A DNA stretch of 64,000 nt from Octopus vulgaris. Its lineage: Eukaryota. The stretch is from NCBI GenBank assembly GCA_951406725.2, contig OX597843.1, forward strand, positions 18,414,001 through 18,478,000, read 5' to 3'. Positions 26,348 through 40,192 of the stretch are shown one piece after another. The first letter of the stretch is position 1; each line of letters begins with the position of its first letter. A program made the position numbers and the translations under genes. A model generated the notes under the pieces. It was not told the origin of the DNA and made no database searches. It saw only the letters and a program-made list of their open reading frames with translations.

Positions 26348-26760
26348 CTAGCAGCTAAGCCTGATTTCACCCGGTCTGTTTGGGTGATGTGGCTGTGATC
26401 GTTTTCCTGTTAGGCATAATCTACTATAATCTTTCTCAACCTTATCATTTTGGGTCCCCTGTTATAATTGGAGCCTCCGGCTGTAGGAACATTTCCTGAC
26501 ATCCCCACCATTGTCAGAAAACAGGTTCAGGTGTTATGAAGAACGAATTTGTACGTAATGTTACTGAGAGCTATTCTATTGGACCTCTGTTTAATCATTA
26601 AATCATCGATTTAATTATGAACATAGAAAGAAATTATACATCAATCCCTATTTTTGTAAGCAATTGTATCCATAACAATTTTATTTTTATAAATAAATTG
26701 AAAGAAAATATATGAAATGGACGTATGTGTGTATGTATGTATGTATGTGTATGTGTGCGC
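26348..26760 (-). mobile_element. Possible Helitron-like non-autonomous element (3' CTAG end at ~26349)
   Basis: ACTAGCAGCTAAGCCTGATTTCACCCGG resembles the ACTAGCA...CCCGG terminus at 63861; lies next to a (TA)n run. Confidence 0.4.
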
Positions 26761-26819
26761 GTGCGTGTGTTTGAGAGATTTGGTTATTTTCTTGCTGAAA
26801 CTTTTCCTCGTTTAAAAGA

Positions 26820-28010
26820 AACCAGTTTCAGGTTCAAATTAAGGCTACATATATCTTATTTTTAACTTCGCGGTGTACATTTCTATTGCATTTATTGTTG
26901 TTAGGTGTTTGAAATCATTAATTGTAGTTTTGTTGTGATGCATTCTTCCCTTTAAATGTTCTTCTCAATTTCTGATATTTTTCGTTTTCAGAATTTATCT
27001 TATTAAGTTAGCTGGTTTGTTGGGATCCGATGATACAGTTCGCTCTTGGCTATTTTCTCTTCACATTTTATTCTAGTATATCCTATTTTCATTTCGTGGT
27101 CATAAAATATAGATGCAAAATAAAAACAAATTTCTCTTGTGTCCATTTTATGTATTTTCTGTTTCTTGCTAGGACTGAGGAGTTCAGTTTGATAATTTTT
27201 TTTAATTATCATCTTTGGGTAGGGGTGTTTTAATTTCTCTTCTTGGTGAGTTTTGCAAGCGTGATTTTTCGTAAATTTTTTTTATAAAAAAACTCCTCGT
27301 GTGCATTGCCCAATTAAGAAGAAATTTTGACGAATTGATATATTTTTACCCAGATTCTTTGACCTATTTTAAGTTTGGTGGTGGGTGACAAAGTGATGCG
27401 GATTTGATATAGACCGTGATCTGATGGCCGTACCTATATGGGATCAGAGAGCTTCGGACACTGTAAGCATTTAAAAGATTACTTTTAAATAGTAAATGGC
27501 AATAAATTTTACAGAGGTTTTCTGCTGCTGTTAACTTTCAACAATTCGACAAGTTGTTTTCAGTTTTATTTGTTGCTTTTGGATAAATTTTTAAGCAATG
27601 ATTAACCTTTCTTACATGGTAAACATCCCCAGTGTTCTTATTGCTGTTGATGTTGCTGTAGTTAGCAGTAGTCGTACTAGTAAATATTGTGTTTGTAGTA
27701 TATAATTTTCATATCTAATATTACAGCCAGTATGCCGGTTCGCATTATCAACGAACGGTGTTACACTGAAGACTGAAAAGTCCTGCAGCACATACAGGAA
27801 ACGTGTTCAAGCTATTGTAGACAATATATTTACATGCATTAAATGGGCCAGTGGCATTTCCTGTGTTGGTTGTTGCGTCGGAAGCTTATGTAACGAGAAT
27901 GATTTCATTGGTAAGGGTTATTAATTGCCTAATATAACACCACCACCAGATTTATCACAAATTAATAGTCAATAAGTACATTGTATTGCAGTTAATATAA
28001 AGGAAGATAT
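26820..28010 (+). repeat. Diverged duplicate of 7620-8770 (intron plus exon C)
   Basis: Colinear similarity along the whole block, e.g. ttttaagtttgg.g..gggtgaca and catggtaaacatccccagt. Confidence 0.9.
27727..27910 (+). pseudogene. Orphan duplicate exon C' (LU domain second half)
   Basis: attacag|CCA...ATT G|gtaagg; open 184 nt; PVCRFALSTNGVTLKTEKSCSTYRKRVQAIVDNIFTCIKWASGISCVGCCVGSLCNENDFI; one Cys->Arg; no partner exon B' seen nearby. Confidence 0.75.
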
Positions 28011-28098
28011 TTCGATGCGTGTATACGTGTGTGCATGTGTGTATATGTGTGTAGGCACCTGCAGCAGTGCATACACACATACACACTCACACATACAC

Positions 28099-28134
<36 letters not shown>

Positions 28135-28599
28135 ACGCGTGTATATATGTATTGGTTTTTCATTCGTTTTAGGTCCATTATCCACGCATGCACCTATATT
28201 AAGGAAATATTTTGAAGCCAACATTTTTTTCTGAATTAGAATGAAATTGAAGACTGCTGGTATTTACACAAAGGATGCTTAGCTACATGCATACAAGACA
28301 CTAACTGTTCCGTTCCTTTGTTCCAACTATAACAAGCTGAGACAAAATTCTTAATTTTTCGCTCGAAGGTCATACTGCATCTACTATTTGAAGCCCCTGT
28401 TCCTGTACGTTTTCTATAAGTGCAGATAAATGAATGTCTATGCTTATAAAATCGGTGTTTGAATGATAGTTCCGTTGCCCAATATATATTTTAGGTTTAT
28501 CTCCACAGTATCATACAACCTTGGCACTGAATGTAATTAACTTTGCCAGGGAGTTACCATCTAGGCAGCAGTTCTCACGAATTCTGGGCTGCAGGTTAT

Positions 28600-29450
28600 T
28601 TTGCGGCCAGCGCTTTCCATCTTTCTCCCATTCAGCTCCACACCATCATAACCTTAGATATAGCTCTAAAAATGTTGTCCATTCTTCAGCTAAAACAGTC
28701 TCCGCTTCTTATGATGATGGTGGAGGATATCGATTCCTTACTTGTTTTTCTAAAATGCACCATAAATGTTCAATAATATTGCGATCTGAGGACTGTGATG
28801 GCCAGGTAAGATTTTCAGCTTCACTAGAATGTTCCTCAGCCCATTCGGTATCAACTTTGCCTGTGGGAATTGGTGCATTATCATCCTGAAAGATTGCGTT
28901 TCTCCCCAGAAACATTTCCGTAAACATAGGTTGAATTTGATGCGATAAAATGCTTAAATAGCTTTGACTATTAATTTTGCCATGAAGGGAAACCATTGGG
29001 CCGGCAGATTTCCAAGATATACCTCACCAGATCATCACAGATAGTCCTCTATGTTTAACAGTTGGAAGAAGGCAGTATGGGTCAAATGCTTCTCTTGGCT
29101 GTCTCCACACGCATACTTGGCCGCTGGTCGGAAATAAAGTAAAGGATGACTCGTCTGAGAAAATAACATTCTTCCACTGCTCTAGGGACCAATTCTGTAG
29201 GTTTTTACTCCACTCTAAAGGCTTTGCAGCTTTTGATTTTGAAAGTAGCGGTTTTCTGATTGCGGCCCTCCTGTGAAATCCGGCTTTGTGCAGCTGCCAC
29301 CAAACAGGTTTTGTGGAAATCGGGTGCTTGATGTGGTCATTAATTTCTGTGGCAATTTTGGGAGCTGTACTTTTATGATCCTTTCTAAAAATTCGCGTAA
29401 GAGTCCGACGGTCTCTATCTGAAAGTTTTGGTTTTCTTCCGGATATGCGA
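28600..29450 (-). mobile_element. Degenerate Tc1-family DDE transposase
   Basis: WKNVIFSDESSF, IFQDDNAPI and WPSQSSDRNIIEHLW motifs; frameshifted. Confidence 0.88.
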
Positions 29451-29474
29451 TTCTGAGTGTGTGTGCGTGTGTGC

Positions 29475-29507
<33 letters not shown>

Positions 29508-29508
29508 T

Positions 29509-29587
<79 letters not shown>

Positions 29588-29620
29588 TTAAAGAAAGGAG
29601 ATGTGGAACACGAATTGTGA

Positions 29621-29890
29621 TATATAAAAAAAGGAAATGAAGAAAATGCTGACAAAATAATTTAAGTAAGGGAGAGTGTATTTAATTAGGTGAGAGTTCT
29701 TTTTACCGGTTGCGCATTTGTTATACTTATCAAAAGATATTTTTTAAGAGAGATAGAGTTCCTTTCTGATAGATTTTTGATAACCATAACAAATGCGCAA
29801 CCGGTAAAAAGAAATTTCACCTAATCAAATACACTCTCCCTTACTTAAATTATTTTGTCAGCATTTTCTTCATTTCCTTTTTTCTTATAT
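29621..29890. repeat. Fold-back element with ~110-bp inverted arms among (TA)n runs
   Basis: AAAAAAGGAAATGAAGAAAATGCTGACAAAATAATTTAAGTAAGGGAGAGTGTA...TACACTCTCCCTTACTTAAATTATTTTGTCAGCATTTTCTTCATTTCCTTTTTT. Confidence 0.9.
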
Positions 29891-29999
29891 ATATATATAT
29901 ATATATATATGTCTTAGGATGTGGAATGTTCGTATCAGCTAACATGGACTACGTCATCATAATACTGTTCACGAAGCGGTGATAGGAGCAAAGCTTATC

Positions 30000-30960
30000 C
30001 AAGAGAAGTCGGTAGGCCTGCAACTCGGCAGATGGAGAGGCAGACCCATACCAATCGACAGTCTGTAAGGCGCTAGACGGAAAGACAGGTTAAACTGCTT
30101 GGGGTCTGGTATGCTCTAGACCTCGAAGTGGACAACAACGGGTGGGAGGTGACGAACGGGATAGTCGATCACACCCAGAAATTGGCAGAGAGGAAGCTGT
30201 TCGTGAAGGGTCGAGTCGAGGTGACGAATGCGTACATCGCTTCCGTCATCTATGACTGCCTGAATGTAGTCCCATGCCCGATAAAGTTAGAGCGTTTGTT
30301 GTTCCGCTTTCTAAAGAAGGAACGTGTTCCGCTCATCAGACGGTCCATCTGCTGTCAACAACCTCTCAGTGGAGTACTGGACATGCCGTTGCTAATGATT
30401 CGCAGACATGCGCTGAGACTGCGACATTTCCTGCATTTCTTTAACCGTGAGCATAGAGATTGACTGTTTGTGAAACGGGACTTTCCGCAGCTCGTCTCAT
30501 TTATGAAGCTACAGTACTGAGTCAAGCGCTGGCCAAGAAAGGGTGCTTGGCTCTTGAAGTGTCGGCAAGCTCTCACAGCTTTCTGCCAGTCCCCATCTAT
30601 AGGGGACTAGTAGAGTTGATAGAACAACGACGAAATCCGGGTAAATTATGGACGTAAGTGGAGGGAATCAACTAACTGGTCTTTAACTTACAGAAATCTC
30701 TGGCCTGGCAATATTACCGGGGAGCTCAGCCGGTTCAAGACAAGCTCTACAGATACGAAAGTGTTGTCGGACGGATATGTCGGGGATGTGCGCAGGGCGA
30801 TGAAATAGTCCTGCATGCACTCGTTCGTCCAGTTTACGAGCCGAGTTCATTGTAAAGATCGCCCCGCCACCTTCTTTTGGCCGGGAAGGAAAAGCAGTTT
30901 CTTCTGCCCGGTGGCTAAAGAAGTCGTGGGGTGGACGAGACTGAAAACATTGAAGACTAA
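30000..30960 (+). mobile_element. Degenerate L1/Tx1-like LINE 3' part (copy at 36910-37865)
   Basis: VKLLGVW, KGRVEV...YIASVI, LERLLFRFL, GVLDMP, then a zf-RVT-like LAWQ...DKL...CRGC...E...HAL. Confidence 0.75.
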
Positions 30961-31081
30961 ACCTCCTTCACAGTAAAATTATGTCATTTAATATTATCAT
31001 TTAATATTATCATTAATATTCACTTCAGTTTTATATTAAAGAAACACTTAGGCATGGTTATGTATCTCATTGCATCACACA

Positions 31082-31130
<49 letters not shown>

Positions 31131-31454
31131 ACACACACACAGATACCGGCAGAATATTAGCTTTATATTTTCAATTTATTTTTATCTTTCACTTTTTGCA
31201 GAAGGCATCCAGAATACTGGAGACAATCTGAGATACAAATACATTAAACAGCTTAGGAGGCCACTGCATATCTTCCTCTCCCTCTTCCCCTCCCTCCTAT
31301 GAAAATAGGGCATCAAGCTATTGAAGTTTTCGGTACAGATGAGCAGTTGAAGTTTTGAATATAATTATGTGTCAATTATTATAATCGTTATTGTGGTGTT
31401 CACTTCCGTTTTATATCAAAGCAATACTTGGGCAGATTTATATATCTCAGTGCA

Positions 31455-31502
<48 letters not shown>

Positions 31503-32079
31503 CAGGATAAATACACTTGAAGACCCTTCACACCACAAAATCCTCACCTGTCATCCGTCATTCGTATAAAATATTGCTTCTTTGATAACGAAAATTCTTT
31601 CCCCATAACTTTAAAGCTGCTAAAACCTTTAATTCCTCTTCAGAATTGTTATAATTTCTCTATCATATACTTTATTTTACAAACGTAATTTTCTGAAATG
31701 AACTATTGTTAAATGAATTTGTATCGCTTGCTTCCATGTCAGTCATTATATATATCTTTTAAATTATTATCGTTATTGATAACGTGATTTTCTGAAGTGA
31801 CACTAACGTTAAATGAATCTATCGTCTGCTCACAGGAAATATTTGGCTGCTGTTTCTAGCACATCCAGCTTAAGCTTCAGAGATTCCTCACAAAGAGAAT
31901 GGTGGATGACAATGTGAACACTGGAGGGTCTAACAAAGAATTCAGAAATGTACTTCATTTTAATGTTGACTTTAGACGTTGTATTTGGGAAGATATCGAT
32001 GATCAATAGTTATCGAGCAAAAGTGAGATGATTCTAAAACATGAAAAATCTATCGTCTGATCGTATAACAATATTTTGA

Positions 32080-32560
32080 TCATTTCCGGTTAATGTCGCT
32101 TTTAAACGATTTTTCTCAAATATTTTTTGCTTCTTCCTTTGGTTCTGACGTTATTTCTTTGATACGAAAGTTTCTTGAGAGTATTACTTCTTCTCTGCCT
32201 CTCCACTGTTCATAAGTGTTGGCTAGGTTTTCATTGTTTACAGCTCTGCAATATGCTTGTTTTCTTTTATTTAATATCTTAATCCGGATGTTTTTCATTT
32301 GATATCTCTTTTTGTATGTCTCCTTTTTCCAAGCTGAGTTCATTCAATTCTCTTAGTACGTCTTGTGTGGTTGAATTTAGGTTGTGGATATCCGTTTTCG
32401 GAGTTCTGCTTTGGTTCTCATTTTGTTGTTGGTATGTAAGAAGGGAATAAAGTGTTTCTATGTAGATTTGCGTCTTTTGTGCCATTTCATGGAAGGCATC
32501 AGCAAGGCATTCATTTTTTTATCATGGTTGAAAGCTTTTGGTAAATTTCTTCTAATTATA
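32080..32560 (-). mobile_element. Retroelement-like ORF remnant (copy at 38945-39420)
   Basis: Frameshifted ORFs with LNKRKQAY...NENLANTYEQW...ILSRNFRIKEI; no splice structure; family not determined. Confidence 0.45.
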
Positions 32561-32584
32561 TTTCAGATTTCAGTGATTCGGCAC

Positions 32585-32639
<55 letters not shown>

Positions 32640-32718
32640 TGTGCATGAATGTATAATATATATATATACATATACATGAATACATACATATATATATAAT
32701 TCTGATAACTGAGTGTGC

Positions 32719-32768
<50 letters not shown>

Positions 32769-33111
32769 TATATACACACACACACAGATATCACAATTTG
32801 TAAAAATAGTACTTAGATTATTTCAAGTTAATTTCAGTTACGCATATACACACACATACATACACACACACGCGCGCGCACATACACATACACATACACA
32901 CAAGCACCAGCAGACAGTGACATAATTTTCATTTCTCCATTTCTGCTGGAATGCTGATGCCGGAGAAGGAGTGTATACCGATAAGTGAAGGGAATTAATA
33001 TGTATCAATCCCACCAAATGCTTAGAACAGGGTTACGTAGCTAATAGCTTCACACACACACACACACACACATATATGTATATATATATATATATAAATA
33101 TATATATATAT

Positions 33112-33166
<55 letters not shown>

Positions 33167-33879
33167 TAATTGTGTGCGTTGTGTTCCGCTACTTCAATGA
33201 AAAAATGTGTGGTAAATAAACATATGACGCAACATCTCTATATATATATGCGTACATATATATATAAACATTCACTAACTCTTACGAAGAGAGGCGTAAC
33301 CACTTCTTTGGTAAGTTACGGTTTTAATTATATTATATCACCCATCTATTGGCCATCGTCCAGCCTCTTCAACGGCATTTATGATGGGATAAAAAGGGTC
33401 TCCACCGTTAAGGCCACATACGTTTTTTTATGCTTTTATTTTTACTTCAGTAATTTTCAGTTAACCCATTAGCATTGGCACTGGCCACGTAGGGCCCAAA
33501 TATTCTTCCTGTTTTCTGTTGAAACTGAACAGATCAGCCCTTTCATAACCACCATGCAAAGTTATTCTAAAAGTAAACAATCACATAATCAAAATCTCAA
33601 AGTTAGAAGATGTTTTTTTAGGAGTCTGAGAGGAGGAAGAAAAAGCGATTGATCATAATACTTGGAATAAATTTGTGTTATATATATATTTATATTTCTG
33701 TGGGTATCTATATATATGCTGACTACTTTATGTTTTTAATACTGCGTATTAATGTAGGAGTTTATATGTTTATATATCTGCTTATATGTGTGTGTGTGTT
33801 TGCATGTATGTAAGCGCTTGTATGTATATATTATGTATTTGTAAATGCAAGTTTGGATATTTCAGATTTATTGCACATG

Positions 33880-33937
<58 letters not shown>

Positions 33938-35059
33938 CATATATGCATACATAGACACACACACACATATAAGCTATTTGGAATGCGTTCACTTGTCGAT
34001 TGTCAGGTTGACTCTTGTTTTACATTACAGCTTTGATGGGCCTCGGGGCTTGCCATAGGATTTCTTAGAATTAGTGAAGTGCATGAATGTCGGTCAGTAT
34101 TTATGCTTCCATGAATATATAACGGCAGAGAATTTAACAGCGAGGAGTTATGGAGGCGAAGAATAGTTTATGACCCTTTTATACATAATATACATTTCCC
34201 TATATTTGTGTTGTAGAGTGGAGCTTCATATACTACGGACCACGATGGAGCGTATTGGACATTCTTTTGAATTGAGGTTGTATATGTGTGTTGCTAAAGA
34301 TTGAAAAGGTTTAGATTTGGGATTAGAATTATGCTAAATTCTCTGCCTGATCTACAGGCTCATTAGGCCACCAGTATATCTCGGTATCTAACGTATTTCA
34401 ACACACAAGGATACAACACACCCGACTGAACAGGATACCAGTCTGTCGCAATGTTAACCCCTGGTTAATGCTGGTACTTTTCAGATGAGTGCACTGGAAG
34501 TGTCTTTCTCGTGGACACAACTTACCGAAACAATAATCCATACGCCTATATGTGTGTGTGTGCGCGCTTATGTACATATCCGTGTGTATGTGTGTGTATT
34601 TTTGTATGCATACACACACACACACACATAATCTTTTATTCTTTTATTCTTTTGCTTATTTAAAGGTGAATTTCAAAGTCGTTATGCCAATCACATAATC
34701 CCCTTCGGACATAGGACAAAAGTAAAGCTACGAAACTGGCTAAGTTTGGAAGAAAACGAAACACGACATGTGACTGGATGGGATGTAATTGAGAATCCAT
34801 AACTTATGTTAATGGATCGAATAAATATAAGCTTTGTTTAACTGAAAGAATGCATATCCTGTTCAGATCTAAGATGCTTAATTCTCTATTGGTCTCTAGG
34901 TCAGGAATTTTCAGTCGTTGTCAAGTTTAAATATATTTTGATATCTTTTTAGCCTTATAATTCAAGATCCAACGAGGAGACCTTTAAATGCTGTCTTTGC
35001 TTTTCCCTTTTCCCATTTTCGTTTTTGTGCTTTCGCATTCCGATTTCCGGAACACTGGG

Positions 35060-35930
35060 CATGCTGTGGCAGACATGCACTGGGGCTGCGGCATCTCCAA
35101 ACATTCTGCCTAAACGGTGAACATGTGTGGTCATCGTTTGTCAAACAGGCTTTTCTACGGCTCATCTCAATGACTAAGCTGCAGTCCTGGGTCAAGAAGA
35201 GACCGAGGAAGGGTGATTGGCACCTGGAATGTTGCTAGGCACTCATTGTTCTCTATCAGGTGGGCAATGCGATCAGTGGAAAATCCACTCTTGAGTTCTA
35301 TGGAGGGTTAGTGGAGGGAAAGTGCAATAAAGCACTTGGAGAGACGCCAGGCGTTGACAAAATTGAACTAACCAGTCTGTTCAGGACTTTCAAGACGGGG
35401 ACGATGGATAACTTCTAGAAGTCCCTTGCTTTGCAGTGCTATCGGGGGGCACTGCCGGTTCGAGATAAACTCTACAAGCACGGAAGTGCTGTCAGACCGA
35501 CCTACCCGAGATGTGCGCAGAGCGATGAAAGCGTTCTGCACGCACTCGTCCAGTGTCCTTGCATTACAGACATGTGGAGTTATGTTGAACAGCTGTTATC
35601 ACGTGTAGGGTGGTTCTAGCTATCGGCCGAGTCCGTAGTGAAGATCGATCAGCCGCTTTCCATCAGTCCGGAAGGTCAGGCAATTTACTTCTGTCTAATA
35701 GCAGTAGCGAAAGTGGCTGTATTGTGGACCAGGTTAAAAGGACTAAAGGCAGAGAATTTTCTCTACGGCCAATCACTCGTCAACTTTTTCAAATTTCCTT
35801 TGGAAAGGAAGATGAGGGTGCAGAGTGAAGTGCTGCCTCCCAGTACATTTGCCAAAAGGTGGATGAATAGCGAAAATGGTACGTGTGAGTGGACCTACTC
35901 TAATAACGCGCCTGTGGGCTAGTGAATTTG
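35060..35930 (+). mobile_element. Degenerate L1/Tx1-like LINE 3' end (zf-RVT region)
   Basis: CYRGALPVRDKLYKHGSAVRPTYPRCAQSDESVLHALVQCP; related to 30000-30960. Confidence 0.75.
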
Positions 35931-36126
35931 AGAGGGAGGAGAGTGCTCTTCCCAGATGCCCTCGAAGCGTCGAGTGGTTCAGGATTGGGGTGGGGGTACC
36001 TGAGTCAACTCCACCTATTACGATCTTTCATTGTTATATTCTTTTGTTAGATATCATTGTTATTCTTTTAACTGTGTACTCGTTGTCCCTGTGTTAAATC
36101 CCCACTTTCCATGTCTACTGTATCCT

Positions 36127-36360
36127 GTTTCTTTACTACCCACAAGGGGCTAAACATAGAGGGGACAGACAAGGACAGACAAACGGATTAAGTCGATTAT
36201 ATCGACCACAGTGCGTAAATGGTACTTCTTCAATCGACCCCTTAAGGATGAAAGGCAAAGTCGACCTCGAGGGAATTTGAACTCAGAACGTAACGGGAGA
36301 AGAAATACCGCTAAGTATTTCGCCCGACGTACAAAAGATTCTGCCAGCTCTCACCGCCTT
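36127..36360 (-). mobile_element. SINE family B, full length
   Basis: Reverse complement of GGCGGTGAGAGCTGGCAGAATC...GAGTTCAAATTCC...TAGCCCCTTGTGGGTAGTAAAGAAA. Confidence 0.85.
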
Positions 36361-37980
36361 CTCTACTGTATCTTCTCCTATATGCCGGCCCTATTGGCAA
36401 ATAATAATAATGATTATGATAATAATAATAACAACAACACTAATATTATTATTATTGTTACTGGAAATTTTTTCCGGCTAAACTTTTCACTCACTTCTTC
36501 ACAGTAAAATTACGTCATTTAATGCAATCGTTAATGTGATATTCCCTCCAGTTTCATATTAAAGAAAAGCTTATGCAGGGTTATGTATCTAATTGCATCA
36601 CACACACATACACACTCACACACACACACATGCACATATTAACCCTGCTACTCTTCTCCCACCTCCTCTCTTTAAACTATCACTCCCTCTCCCTCTCTCT
36701 CATTTTAGCTCTTCCACTTCCACCGCCAATCATCATAAACTGCTGACTGAAACTTTTCAAATCGAAATTATATAATTAGAAATACAGATGGCATATACAT
36801 ATAAAAATATATATGTATATATATGTCTAAGGATGTGGAATGTTCGTATCAGCTAACACGGACTACGTCATCATAATACTGTCCACGAAGCGGTGATAGG
36901 AGCAAAGCTTATCCAAGAGAAGTCGGAGGGCCTGCAAATCGGCAGATGGAGAGGCAGACCCATACCAACCGACTGTTTGTAGGGCGCTAAACGGAAAGAC
37001 AGGTTAAACTGCTTGGGGTCTGGTGACGAACAGGTTAGTCGATCTCACCCAGAAATTGGCAGAGAGGAAGCTGTTCGTGAAGGGTCGAGTAGAGGTGGTG
37101 GATGCGTATATCGCTTCCGTTATCTATGACTGCCTGAATGTAGTCCCATGACCGATAAAGTTAGAGCGTTTGTTATTCCGCTTTCTAAAGAAGGGACGTG
37201 TTCCGCTCATCAGACGGTCCATCTGCTGTCAACAATCTCTCAGTGGAGTACTGGACATGCCGTTGCTAATGATTCGCAGACATGCGCTGAGGCTGCAACA
37301 TCTCCTGCGTTTCTTTAACGGTGAGCATGGGGGATTGACTGTTTTTCAAGCGGGACTTTCCGCAGCTCGTCGCATTGAGGAAGCTACAGTAATGAGTCAA
37401 GCGTTGGCCAAGAAAGGGCGCTTGACACCTGGAGTGTCGGCAAGCTCTCACAGCTTTCTGCCAGTCGGGCAACGCGGGCGTTGAAAGTTACACCATGGAT
37501 TTCTATAGGGGACTAGTAGAGGGGAAAGAACAACGACGAAATCGGGGTAAATTCTGGGCGTAGGTGGAGGGAATCAACTAACTGGTCTTTAACTTACAGA
37601 AATCCCTGGCCTGGCAATGCTACCGGGGAGCTCAGCCGGTTCAAGACAAGCTCTACAGATACGAAAGTGTTGTCGGGCGGATATGTCGGGGATGTGCGCA
37701 GGGCGATGAAATAGTCCTGCATGCACTCGTCCGTCCAGTTTATGAGCCGAGTTCATTGTAAAGATCGCCCCGCCACCTTCTTTTGGCCGGGAAGGAAAAG
37801 CAGTTTCTTCTGCCCGGTGGCTAAAGAAATAGTGGGGTGGACGAGATTGAAAACATTGAAGACTAAACCTCCTTCACAGTAAAATTATGTCATTTAATAT
37901 TATCATTTAATATTATCATTAATATTCACTTCAGTTTTATATTAAAGAAACACTTAAGCATGGTTATGTATCTCAGTGCA

Positions 37981-38026
<46 letters not shown>

Positions 38027-39446
38027 ACACACACAGATACCGGCAGAATATTAGCTTTATATTTTCAATTTATTTTTATCTTTCACTTTTTGCAGAAGGC
38101 ATCCAGAATACTGGAGACTATCTGAGATACAAATACATTAAACAGTTTAGGAGGCCACTGCATGTCTTCCTCTCCCTCTTCCCCTCACTCCTATGAAAAT
38201 AGGACATCAAGCTATTGAAGGTTTGGGTACAGATGAGCAGTTGAAGTTTTGAATATAATTATGTGTCAATTATTATAATCGTTAAGTGGTGTTCACTTCC
38301 GTTTTATATCAAAGCAATACTTGGGCAGATTTATATATCTCAGTGCATCACACACACACACACCCATCAGGATATATACACTTGAAGACCCTTCACACCA
38401 CAAAATCATCGCCTGTCATTCTTCATTCGTATACAATATTGCTACTTTGATAACGAAAATTCTTTCCCCATAACTTTAAAGCTGCTAAAACCTTTAATTC
38501 CTCTTCAGAATTGTTATAATTTCTCTATCATATACTTTATTTTACAAACGTAATTTTCTGAAATGAACTATTGTTAAATGAATTTGTATCGCTTGCTTCC
38601 ATGTCAATCATTATATATACCATGTAAATTATTATCGTTATTGATAACGTGATTTTCTGAAGTGACACTAACGTTAAATGAATCTATCGTCTGCTAACAG
38701 GAAAGATTTGGCTGCTATTTCTAGCATATCCAGCTTACACTTCAGAGAGATTCTTCGCGAAGAGAATGGTGGATGACAATGTGAACACTGGAGGGTCTAA
38801 CAAAGAATTCAGAAATGTACTTCATTTTAATGTTGACTTTAGACGTTGTATTTGGGAAGATATCGATGATCAATAGTTATCGAGCAAAAGTGAGATGATT
38901 CTAAAACATGAAAAATCTATCGTCTGTTTGTATAACAATATTTTGATCATTTCCGTTTAATGTCGCTTTTAAACGATTTTTCTCAAATATTTTTTGCTTC
39001 TTCCTTTGGTTCTGACGTTATTTCTTTGATACGAAAGTTTCTTGAGAGTATTACTTCTTCTCTGCCCCTCCACTGTTCATAGGTGTTGGCTAGGTTTTCA
39101 TTGTTTAGGGCTCTGCAATATGCTTGTTTTCTTTTATTTAACACCTTAATCCGGATGTTTTTCATTTGATTTCTCTTTTTGTATGTCTCCTTTTTCCAAG
39201 CTGAGTTCATTCAATTCTTTCAGTACGTTTTGTGTGGTTGAATTTAGTTTGTGGATATCCGTTTCTGGAGTTCTGCTTTGGTCTCATTTTGTTGTTGGTA
39301 TGTAAGAAGGGAATAAAGTGTTTCTATGTAGATTTGCGTCTTTTGTGCCATTTCATGGAAGGCATCAGCAAGGCATTCATTTTTTTATCATGGTTGAAAG
39401 CTTTTGGTAAATTTCTTCTAATGATATTTCAGATTTCAGTGATTCG

Positions 39447-39495
<49 letters not shown>

Positions 39496-39574
39496 TGTGC
39501 ATGAATGTATAATATATATATATACATATACATGAATACATACATATATATATAATTCTGATAACTGTGTGTGC

Positions 39575-39626
<52 letters not shown>

Positions 39627-40101
39627 CACACACACACAGATATCACAATTTGTAAAAATAGTACTTAGATTATTTCAAGTTAATTTCAGTTACGCATATA
39701 CACACACACATACATACACACACACGCGCGCACATACACATACACATACACACAAGCACCAGCAGACAGTGACATAATTTTCATTTCTCCATTTCTGCTG
39801 GAATGCTGATGCCGGAGAAGAAGGAGTGTATACCGATAAGTGAAGGGAATTAATATGTATCAATCCCACCAAATGCTTAGAACAGGGTTACGTAGCTAAT
39901 AGCTTCACACAAACACATACACCCACACAAAACCCTCTTCGTCTTCTTTCTCCGTCTCTCTCTCTCTCTCTCTTTCTATCACCTCCTTTCCCCTCTCTCA
40001 TTTACACTCTTCCACTATCAACGCCCATCTTTGACTGCTAACGCAAACTTTTCATATCGCATTCATATAATGAGAAATAAAGACGCCAATCTATATCTAC
40101 A

Positions 40102-40189
<88 letters not shown>

Positions 40190-40192
<3 letters not shown>

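Noticed and set aside
31202-31302. Good-looking acceptor (ttttgcag|AA GGC ATC...) giving EGIQNTGDNLRYKYIKQLRRPLHIFLSLFPSLL*, duplicated at 38096; phase 1, so it could serve as an alternative last exon with a hydrophobic tail
   Set aside because: No recognisable domain, and its conservation reflects only the recent duplication. Unsupported without RNA-seq.
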